Shown one piece after another: positions 27,401 to 37,600 of a DNA stretch of 64,000 nucleotides. A program made the translations under genes and the position numbers. A model generated the notes under the pieces. That model was not told where the DNA came from, ran no database searches, and worked only from the letters and a program-made list of their open reading frames with translations. Source of the DNA: Tubulanus polymorphus (taxonomy: Eukaryota; Animalia; Nemertea); assembly GCF_964204645.1 (NCBI RefSeq), contig NC_134029.1, forward strand, positions 4,774,001 through 4,838,000, read 5' to 3'. Every line of letters begins with the position of its first letter. The first letter of the stretch is position 1.

Positions 27401-30400
27401 AAATCACGGCGTAAATTTCTAGCAGTGCGTTATTTCTGTTTTCACGCTGTGTAATTGAATCATATATAGGTACGACAGGACAAGATTTGGCTCCCGCAAC
27501 CCTACTGTGGCAATCGAGTATTCCACTTGTGGCAAGTGAGGATCCAACATGTTCGCGAGTTGGTGATAGGGCTCAACTTTTTTCTAAGCTCCAATAAAGA
27601 TAGGACAAAACGAATAGGAAAACGAACGTTTGAAATAATAAAATCAGGTCTAAAATAATTTACTACTAAAATCACTATTACCTTTCTTTAAAAGCCGCGG
27701 CGCCTTTTATCACGCCCCACCTGGGGGTTAACTCAGCCCCGCCACCGACAGGGGGCAGTGCGAACGTCACAGAAGGTCGCCTGCCCAGCCTCTGTTCGCC
27801 ATCTTTTTGTTTAACGATTCCTAAAACTTTGCCCAACATTCCCCACTTGGATCGATGGGATAATCCAACATCTAAACCTCCGCCGATTTTAGCGAACGAT
27901 TGATTAGCTTGTAAACGAATCAGCTTCTTGCGTAAAAGTTCGATTTTCGGCGTCGCCGTCGATGTTGCCGTCGAACTTTTCCGAGATTTCGGCGATTTTG
28001 ACACGATCGATACTTCGCTGCTCTCCGCCGAACTTTTAGTCTCACCGAGCGTCAAAGCACGAATTTCGAACTGTTGTCTATGATGAGATAGCATGATCGC
28101 TAGATTTATGGTTTTCTTATACACAAAAAAATCGGTCGAAAAAAATGTCTCCTTTGTTTAAATCACATTAAGTAATTGAAAAGCCTGGGAAAGTTACCTT
28201 TTACGCGCGCACCCTGATGTCTTATGCGAAATAGTGTACATTCTCGCTTGGAAAATCATGGTTAGTATTGACTTTGAGGGTCTTGCTGAGAAGTCTTTAT
28301 CATTGAAGTACTTATTAGCTTCACACAGGGACAAAAAATTGGGTTCGGTTTTTCTATTATCGAGGAAGAAAAGACCCACACGTAACAAGAATTGCCCGTT
28401 GTCATCTAATCTCAATAAAAGCTGAAACGATTCTTCGAAAAAAAGAGCTTAACACGTACGGCTGAGTTTTCTACAATACCATGTTAGTTTCGCGAATGTG
28501 TCAACAACACCAGAAATATCACAGCAGCGAATATCATATTTCAAATATCGCAAATCACGATGATCTTGATTTAAGTCCATCAATAGGTTCCATGTATACC
28601 GGTAGATCCACAGTGATGTAGCCCTCGGCTGGACTCGAAGTCGTGCCGAGCAGTAGCGCTATACCATAATGATTGTTACTACTCTCTGCTACATTTGCCC
28701 AGACTAAATAGCGTCGCCCGGAAATCATAAGAAACACTATTCAGTCTTGTCACGGGCTAAGTAACTGCAGTTAGCAGTTTCCGCTCGTGCCAAAGTATAT
28801 TTTCAAAAAGCTCATTGTATACGCTAAGTGGTCGACCATGTTTTCACGGTTTCGCGTACTTTCTTAGCCTACTCGTAGAGGACGGTACTGGTCTAGATTT
28901 AGAAACCCCATTAATGGCATCTAACCTTTAAACGCATTTTAGCTACTTTATGGGCGACTGATTCTGAAAAGCGTCACAACGGACTTCAAACACGAAAAAG
29001 GCCTATAATAAAAAAAGTCAACATCGTAGATATTCTTGTCGAAAAGACACGTGTATACGCATATTCGTTTCTGGAATAGCCGTGGTGCGTATCGGAACAG
29101 GAGAAAATGAAGATTTTCAACTCTTGTTTATAAGAAAAACCACAAACACCGAACAACCTACACTTTGAAAACCTACAGCAAAAACTATAAACATTTAACA
29201 TCTGCAAAACACGATATGCTTGAGATATTCTTTTTAATCTAAGTTCAGTTAAATTTCGACATAGATTCGGCGCCGCTTAAGACATGTTCGAGGTTTCTTA
29301 TTCCCCATTCTGCGTGGATGTGGTTAGATAAGAACAGTTCAAGTTACCTTGAGGTGTCAGAAGGCCGTCGACCATCTCCTTGCGATCGAATAGCTGAACA
29401 AACTTTCGGCGAAACGAATGTCAAAGCAAAACTACCTTCATTTTTTAACATCATAACAGTATCCGATTTTCAGCGAACTCTGTGTGGTCCGGCTAATCAG
29501 GAATACAAGTATATCCGATAGTATTTCATATGATCATTTATATCACCTGCAGATATTTCACAAAACACAGACAGCCTTATTATCCTTGTTTTATCCAAGG
29601 TTTTTAGAAGAGTCCTATAATTTCACTCGCAACAGATCACCTATAGTAATTTCTGCTTGAAGCGAAATGATTCTTCTAATATCAAAGCGTACGCTTTAAA
29701 TAAACATGAACAATACTTCATTAATCCTAAAATCGCCAATGTCTCGAACTCTTTATAGCCCGGGGAAAAGGTGAATTGTCCCATGAAAAACGGCTGTTAA
29801 TTCGCGCAATTATAAAGCTTAATAGGTCGTTAAACTATGCCCCCTGCCAGACAGACCCATGGGGAAGCCTTTCTTATATGAACGTGTAGTCCGCACTCTG
29901 TTAGCTTAATCAATCTTATCAAAGCGAATTTTTTCAACTCGTAGTAAAAAATCCCCTATTAAGAGGTCTAACCGAAATAAAGAGATTTGATTAGACTTTT
30001 TATTCAAGTTTTATCGTGGTAAGGATGTGTATTAAGCTGTTTGGTAATAGTGTAAATGTATATTGCGATAGAAAACGCTAAATTATCTCTTAAATCTTTT
30101 AGCATAGGTATATTTTAGCGCCTATATCGTACGATCTATATAGCTTGTCTTTAAACCGGGCGTAGGTCGGCCTTATGGGACGCGACGACTACGGATTATT
30201 GAGTCAGTACAGTACCAGTCCTACCTGCTGTCTGAACCCGGGTCGCCATCGGCTTCATTATCACGTGACTCTTTCCTCCTGAACCTGGTATGCGTAGAAA
30301 TGCGTGAATTCACTTCGCTCTCGGGACCCGAGGATATCAACGCGTCAGCTCGGTTATCACGCCCCCTTGCGGCAGCCGCTGCTTTCACGGCGTCAACCAG

Positions 30401-31921
30401 CTCACTGAGGCGTCTTTGATGCAACCGCTTGTTATTCTTCACGCGTAGTTTCTCCTTGCTATCCTCGCTCGATGCCGACTGTTCCTTGCTTAGCACCACG
30501 GGCAGGGAACTGACTTCGCGCGAAGCCTCCGGTCCCAAAAATTGTCTATCCACTTTCGGCACTGGTAGTGGTGGTATCGGAGACAGATCTCGAGTCCTCA
30601 TTTGCGATAGGAATTGGTTGTGATTTGGTACGTTGAATACGGGTTGTTGTATCGTCTGTACACCGATCGGAACTATAGAAGCTAGTTGCGTATATGCCGG
30701 TTTTAATAAAGCGAATCCTTCGTTCGTCGAGTCGTTATTGAACACCGAGTCCTTGCGAGGTACATCCATATTGTTTCAAGGTTCCAAATGACGAATGTAG
30801 TCAATAAAAAACTCGTGATTATATTCTGATGAACCCTTAATCGCTATGGTCGTCACTGCGATATTACGATCGGGATCATAGTTCCCAGCGTTATTATTAT
30901 GCCTGCCATATCTTACATAATAGTAGAGAATATAATTGTCCTTTTTCGGCGAGATAAGATAGAAATATTTGCTGAAAACCTATCCGGTATAGCAACAATA
31001 GAAGAAAAGATATTGATGATATCTACGAAATCTTCTCGATATTTTCAGGACTGTCTCCTTTCAGGGGGCACAGCAGGGAACCGTAAAATACCTAAGCCGA
31101 CTGAATATAAGATTGTTTAGATTGTACCTTTGCTGTTACCTTCTTTTTGTTGGACTATGTGTCAATGATAATAAATAACCTTCGAAAACGTATATCAGTT
31201 TATTCATTAGAGGGGTGCTTAATCTTCGGCACTGTGTCAGTCATTCTTTCAACGCTTGAATATTGTTTTATTATAAGTCATATGTCATAATGTCGAATGT
31301 CTTTTTATCGTGCGTGAAAAACAGGTGGCATTGAAATTTGCGATAAAGAAGTTCGATTGTAAAAAGGAAGGCAGCACCAGTTCGCCTATAGAACCTATAG
31401 ATTCGATCACAAATAAAACGATTGTGTTGTGCCACAAACGCTGCCAAATTTGATTCATCGCGCATACTTAATTTTCATTCACTGCTTCCAAAATTCAATG
31501 AAAAATACACATCAAGTTTGAGCTCGTCTAGAGATTTAAATACCTGTTTGCAGAGTATAGTGTATCGAGGATCTTCGGTAATTTGTCATCCGTACATTGT
31601 AGATATTGTACCTGTTGAGACGTCAAAATGCCCGATATTGTGCTACGCCTTTGGACAATCCGTATGACTGAGAAAAATGAAATAGAAACAAATCTGTTAT
31701 ACCAGGAACGTGAGGAAGCAAATTAGAAAATCGACTCTAACGGTTCCAGAAATCTTGACCAAGTTTACAGTTGGTTAAATCTAGCTGTGACTTCGAGATT
31801 TAGTCTAGAACCGTGGAACCAGCCGACGAATATCATTAACTAGATAAATTTGTTTTCATTCATATCGGGATAGCATGCTGATAGAATACAAATTGAGAAA
31901 ATTATCATTACCTGGGAACAT
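12457..31921 (-). CDS. Cyclic nucleotide-binding domain-containing protein (CNBD2-like), most upstream isoform ~563 aa; exons 31921-31912, 29393-29348, 25954-25825, 18733-18666, 18569-18443, 17912-17746, 17533-17460, 17357-17269, 16344-16115, 15799-15651, 15269-15144, 14571-14492, 14377-14261, 13137-12994, 12591-12457
   Basis: 15 GT-AG exons join in frame (1692 nt). cNMP-domain motifs VIIRQGHYADNFYFILSG, LKKGNSFGELALMYGGTRNATV, EWIYVIKTGSC, LVSDGAECVLISKKFF, and C-terminal PYPTQESLQQKLQDQLNW. The 12 shared exons are much more certain than the three 5' exons. Confidence 0.85.
18007..18228. mobile_element. hAT-like MITE in a CNBD intron
   Basis: TIRs CAGGGTTGCCAAC / GTTGGCAGCTCTG; near-identical 6-bp flanks GATTTG / GATTTA. 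Confidence 0.6.
18872..19120 (-). CDS. Possible CNBD alternative first coding exon F (MPGDSPSS...)
   Basis: ATG-initiated ORF with RRPS; the phase 0 donor GAG|GTAGTC is weak. Confidence 0.35.
19879..20670 (-). CDS. CNBD alternative first coding exon E (MDDKLMTS..., phase 0 donor)
   Basis: TGA ACT ATG start context; 264 open codons ending at the consensus donor CAG|GTGAGT in phase 0; many RRxS motifs and a poly-Ala run. Confidence 0.75.
21861..22661 (-). CDS. CNBD alternative first coding exon D (MDFALERK..., phase 0 donor)
   Basis: 267 open codons ending at TGG|GTAAGT in phase 0. Confidence 0.72.
24572..24979 (-). CDS. CNBD alternative first coding exon C (MDFNDEFQ..., phase 0 donor)
   Basis: In-frame TGA four codons before the ATG; ends at CAG|GTAAAT in phase 0, fitting the acceptor at 18733. 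Confidence 0.68.
26778..26915. mobile_element. PIF/Harbinger-like MITE
   Basis: Termini GGGCTGGTTCC / GGAACTTGGCC with a CTG TSD on both sides. Related fragments at ~26490-26560 and ~31740-31825. Confidence 0.6.
27480..27580 (+). repeat. Diverged SINE-like repeat, copy 2 (partial)
   Basis: CCCGCA..CTGTGGCAATCGAGTATTCCAC..GGCAAGTGAGGATCC aligns with 42448-42500. Confidence 0.6.
27682..28094 (-). CDS. CNBD alternative first coding exon B (MLSHHRQQ..., phase 2 donor)
   Basis: ORF ends at AG|GTAATA in phase 2, fitting the acceptor at 25954; contains RRPS. Confidence 0.6.
30225..30769 (-). CDS. CNBD alternative first coding exon A (MDVPRKDS..., phase 2 donor)
   Basis: In-frame TGA shortly before the ATG; open for 181 codons; AG|GTAGGA donor in phase 2 fits the acceptor at 25954. 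Confidence 0.65.
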
Positions 31922-32078
31922 TTTAGCAGCTCCTGCGTCCTGCGCGGTTATTTCACTGATACTGTTCTTTGTACTCTGTCGTAGTTCCCTATCGTGTTCG
32001 TCGGTTAATTACCTGAAATTCCATCTTTGTATTCGAATTTTCTCATCAAACACATCCCCGGAACTGTAATAGAACACA

Positions 32079-32141
32079 CCGGAAGTCGACAATGTGGCGG
32101 GAAATTGTATTTAGAGCGTTGCCATGGTTTCTAACCGGAAG
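32079..32141. promoter_or_regulatory. Putative CNBD core promoter: RFX X-box-like site with ETS-like sites
   Basis: GTTGCCATGGTTTC at 32118-32131 (one perfect half-site), CCGGAAGT at 32079 and CCGGAAG at 32135, about 200 bp upstream of the first ATG. Confidence 0.5.
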
Positions 32142-34064
32142 ATACAAGACAAACACTGCGCGGAATTTCATATGTTTGCGAAACATATTGAATTATCCGA
32201 TTAGCGATTTATTTTCTGATTGATTCATTCCTGGAAATGTGTTATGGAAATGCATAATTTGCATGAGGATGATCGCGGGTATACTCTACTGATTCGCCAT
32301 CTGTCGGTTAAATCGAATGAAATTCATCGTGCCGTTGGTTAATATAATTTGATTAATCAAAGTTATACCGCCGTCTTTACGGAGATCACTCGTAAACCCT
32401 CGACGTGATGGATATAGATTTGATGCTCTTATCGTAATTAGTACCTAATACGATTAATTAACAGATAATCGACTGATCCCTAGAGGGCGCTTCACGAGTT
32501 TAGACATTCAATTGCTCGCTTACGAACTCATTAGTGCGTAAACACTTAGCCCCCGGTCTGTGGCCCTTTCCTCGACGATAATCTAATAAATCACCGATAA
32601 TTCAGAAGTGATTTCTCTCTAACGATTTGTAGTTGATCGTATTGAATACGGTTACGCGCTGTATTTCACTGTCGCTGAGGACAGTGTCGTTTCAAAGCTG
32701 ATCCGTGTATTATAGAGTAACCAAAATGTCAAGTTATGCGTATCTTCGGCCCCAGAGTAGCACTACATCATTAAGTAGAGGACTTATGTTCTATTCCGAT
32801 CTAATCTAGAAGCTTTTACATCGTTTCGTAGTAGTAGTCCTTGCTCACACGCGAATCCAATTGAAGGTCGCCGATCACCTCTTCGTGGTGGGTAGGTCAG
32901 CGGTCACCTTGGAGTTACTCCAAGCTGTCACCAAGGCCACGTCATTTTCAATCCTCCCCTCCTGAGCGCAGAGACAATGTCAGAATAGGTTCAAAATAAC
33001 TGTCAAAATACACTAATAATTTCATGTAATTTTTTCACCCTTAACCCGCTTAGCTTCGAAACCCCGATTTCATTTAATCATGCAAGGTATCATAAGCTAG
33101 TTGTTACGCAATTGCACCTTTGTCAGAATATCATACGTAGGTCTTCGTACGTAATTCAAGCAAAAATGCTGATTTTGAAAATAACGATATACTTATAAAT
33201 CAAAAATCTTATCGACTCAGTGACCGTGCGATCAGTTTTGCAATTATATCTTGGAATTTAGATTGTACGGAAAACCCCGATTATGGCGCGTGGCAGCTGT
33301 TCCCGCGTACGGAGAGAGAAATGTGATTTTTCTGTACCGATCACCGTTCGACGAACGTCACTTTGTTTTTGAATAGATTTCGACGATATGAAAAACCGGT
33401 TTAAAGGGATATAAAACTGTTATCGAAGCGTCAACAGCTGCCGTCATTTTATGCGATTAATATACACGGTAGAAAAATAGATGAAATTTCGACTTGTTCG
33501 CGTTCGAAAGAAGCAACCGCATTTGCGTAATACACATCAGAGGTTGCACGGTGCAGCGAGGGAGCAAAAATGTCATTTCGTCAAGTCATACATTTGTAAA
33601 TCCGATAGCTTCGGTTCGAGGTGATATTGTTGGAAAGAGTAGACTTTTTACGAATTTTAGAAGCGAATTGAAACGAAAATAACTGACACGCAGAAATACT
33701 GGACGCGTTCATGTGCTGGTGGTGATTTAATATTCAAGGCTGATATAAAATACGTTCGCTTCATTAGATGCGGATAAGATTAAATTAACGTTTTATTCGT
33801 TTGGGAGTGAATTGGAATTTTATGGTTTTTGACCAAATCGGTTTCAGACGTGTATCATAAATTACTCTATTGCGTATTGCTGCTTATTGAGATAAAACGA
33901 GGCTCGTTTTGCATCGGCACAATTGCATTCGATTGCTCCCGATCGGAGCGAGCTGGCACTGCTGCAACTGTTCAAAAAATGTCAATCAGGTCACGCAGCC
34001 ATAAGCATCAGTTACGCAGTGACCACACCATATTGGGCGGTCAAACACTGGTATTACACATTAA

Positions 34065-34688
34065 AGGGGAATTGCAATGAACAATTTTTTGTATATATAT
34101 CTGTTAGAAACCTTTATAAATACATTTTCAAAACAGCAGAAAAACATTTCATCTAATACTTTATCCAAAAAAGAGTGTTTTGTAGAGTGCCTGGCCGCCG
34201 CCGTTTCTCCACGTAGCAGACGCTTTTCTCTCTCGGCTGTGACGTATTTCGGCCCACTGCGATACGTGTTACTGCTGCTAATTATAGTGTTTTCACCAAT
34301 AATAGTTCTAAACTGCAGCATAATGCCACATCAGCAATTATTTGGATATGTTTCACACAGTGACTGGATAAATAAAAGTAAAGACCCCACTGGCAGCCCA
34401 GCAGGAGTATTTTAATCGCAATTTTCAACTGAGATCTTCGATGAGTGTATCTATTTGTGTACACACTGGAGTGTGTGATGGGCCGGGATAGGTCATCTGT
34501 TTGCATGCCTCACTTTGGAATTCAAATATGGCGGCTCTCATCTGCCGTAAAATCTGATGATAACAGTATAAAAATTTTTTGTATACAAGTTAATAAGGAA
34601 GAATTGAAAATTTCAACTAGCATTATGCTAAACAACAACAGGAGTAGAAATGAATGGCCAATTATAATTTTTTGACTGCAGTTCCCCT
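34065..34688. mobile_element. Kolobok-like non-autonomous DNA transposon
   Basis: TIRs AGGGGAATTGCA / TGCAGTTCCCCT with TTAA TSD at 34061-34064 and 34689-34692. Confidence 0.72.
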
Positions 34689-37600
34689 TTAACGAGGTCC
34701 ATGCTCTCTTACTGGTGTCATACAAAATAAACCTTTTGCGCAGCCTAATCGGTTAGGTGTAAAATATTATATCCGTATCATTATCACCCCAGAATCCGTA
34801 CATCACTGCAACATCGGTTCCTAAAGCTTGACTCATTTAGATACGTGTTCATTCTTTATCTTTAAAGACTACGTTCATTTTTGTGCATTCATCACGGAAA
34901 CAATTAAGCGGAATGATTTTTCTTCGTAAATATCCTTCAGTTAGATACATTTCCTTTTCTTCTGACCTTTATATCATACGTAGTCTTCAGCTAGAAGGCG
35001 CCTGTCGCATGTCTTGTCTTTAAACGCATAAATACAATATATGGATTAACGTTGCTTTAAGGCTGGAAAGAAGAAAACCGTATATTTTTACAGCAGTTCG
35101 TGCGCCTTTGGTTATTTGTCGGCAAAAGAATACTTTTCACGATTTCTTTCACAAAATCTTACCGCCTAGATTTCACGGGTGAAGATTCAACATCACTCTC
35201 ATGAGCACAATGAACTAATGGCTCGGAACCTGCAGGTTAAATATGACGTACGACTTTTCTATCCCTCAAGTTATGATTTTGCTGGGCCATACTCCGTCCA
35301 GCATTTTTCTAAAAATCCTAAGGCCATTTTTATGGCATAAACGACAAATAGATCTATTAGAACACCATTTTCCACCGCGATTGTTTTTATGTGTGATGTT
35401 AAAAGATGATGTCGGCAGTGGAAAAAGATAATAAATGTTTATTTTCATTTTCATATCCATTCAAATGAGGTGGTGGTGGGAAAAAATAAAATTGAAATTT
35501 ATACCTAGAATCGGAAATTTCAGCGGCGGTTCCGTACTCAAACCAATGATAAAAAATGACCTAACGGTAACAAGAACCAGTTCCACAATTATAAACTAGA
35601 TTTCTGAAATACTAAAAGGGAACATAACAATTAAACTGTAAATGTGATTGAATAAGTTTTCGCAATTTCAAATCGGTCAATCCGATCAAACTCTATTCAA
35701 TTTAGGAACTTGGGCTTCGATTTTCATATATATCGATTATACCGAATGCGCCGATATGGCTGTACGCGAAGTAGCACCAACAGAACCACTGATCGGATAC
35801 ATGATATTACCAGATGCCTACTTGGCCTGGATCGAGAATGCGCCACGGTCGCTCGATTATCCACGTATTTCATGTAATTATCGCCTATTCGTGCCGAGAT
35901 TACGCGCTTTTCACGCTTTAGGATTGTAGTTTTCGCGTGAAAATCCGTCGACCTTCTTCGAATGTCGATCTTTTAATGTTCAGCTTACTTACGTAATCGG
36001 CGCGAGTGTATTCGCCCGTACTCGTTTTTGCAGGAGCGCCAGTTCGTGTTCGAATCCCGTTATTGTTTCGTTCGCTTCGCTTCCGAGACCGCTACGGTTT
36101 TGTAAAATTTAGTATATATCCTTCGCGTAGTATTTTCTTTTGATATTTCACACGTTTTTCTTCAAACGCATCACATTCGAACAAGCAGCAAATAAATACA
36201 TACATACGATTGTTCGGGATATTTTCGATACGCACGGAGTGGACTGCGCATATTCTACAGACTACCGGATAGATAGATACATCCAGAGGCCGAAGGTAAG
36301 ATTATAGCGATAGTTATAACTATTCCATCGAAACATATCGCTAGATAATTTGTTTAGATATTCAAAACGCATCTGATTCTTTTTTTGTATCAAATTGATG
36401 ATGGAATTTTTTTTTAATGGTTACGAATATCATTGATTCAGTCAATGCTTTGATGCACCACGCAGCCATATTAGTATAAAATCGTGGAAATAATTCCACA
36501 TGAAATATTTTTCGTTTTCTTTTAAGGTTTATTAACTGATTGTTTGTTAACAGAGACTTTATCAATTCCACGCAATCATTGTAGCCGACAACTCGGTGCA
36601 TTAGTGGCATTGACCCTCACGGCTGTCTTCAGTTGTCGACATTGTTTCATTAAATCTAATTTCTTTGTAATGGCACCTTTATTGGATTTGCGTATAATTT
36701 CCGTCGCAAACGCGCGCTCCATCCACTAAATGTGAAACGCCAACACAAATGAAGGGGTTTGATTTTTTTCGTAGAACAGCGATCTAAAACCTCAGACCCA
36801 ATTCAATATTGTCGATCCTGACGCCAGTGTCATAGTTCTCAGATAAAATAACTCAAGATTAAACCTTGATTGTCCGTTTTATATCGGCTGGGTTCTGGGA
36901 TTTAAGAAAAAAGTATTTCATTGAAATAACGTGTAAATATGAGCTTAACATCCGATCATAATATGCTGTTCATTCATATGATTTCCGAATATTCAAATAT
37001 GGACAAACGTATATATCAATAATCAATATCTAAAACTCTTCATCTATACGTATATAAACTATGTGTTATGATAATAACAAGAGGTGTTCAAAACAAAGCC
37101 ACCAGGACACGTAAACCGATAACCTTGACCTCGTTTCAGATATGAAGATACAAAATCTGATAATATACAGATAATGAGCAATCTTAAATTCTTTTTGCGC
37201 TGAAAAGATGTGACATGAATTCATATTCATCGTTGAAGGGCATTATATAGAGGACGTGTGATATTTGGCGTTGATAAAGTGAAGTATGCAAGTCACATCG
37301 GGTTAATCATTGTCAAAGGACAGATTCGTTATTACTCCTTTGTCTTATATACATATGTTTCTCGCGTGATATCACTTGCGTCGTATTCAACTCCGCCGCG
37401 CTGAAATGTTACCTTCCAACCGTAATTGAGGACGAGTTTGCGTGTCTCATCCATAAAATGTGTCCTCTATTATCCGCGATGACGGGCCTCCAGGGCTCTG
37501 AAATCATTTCAGAAATATTGCCTTAATGCTTTATAAAGAGATAAAATTGATTGCAACGCATGAAATATTTAGTGCCGTAACGACATCACAGATATGTTTT

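Noticed and set aside
36000-36065. GTTCGAATCCC T-loop/B-box motif suggesting a tRNA
   Set aside because: No acceptor stem or cloverleaf could be built and the A-box is unconvincing.
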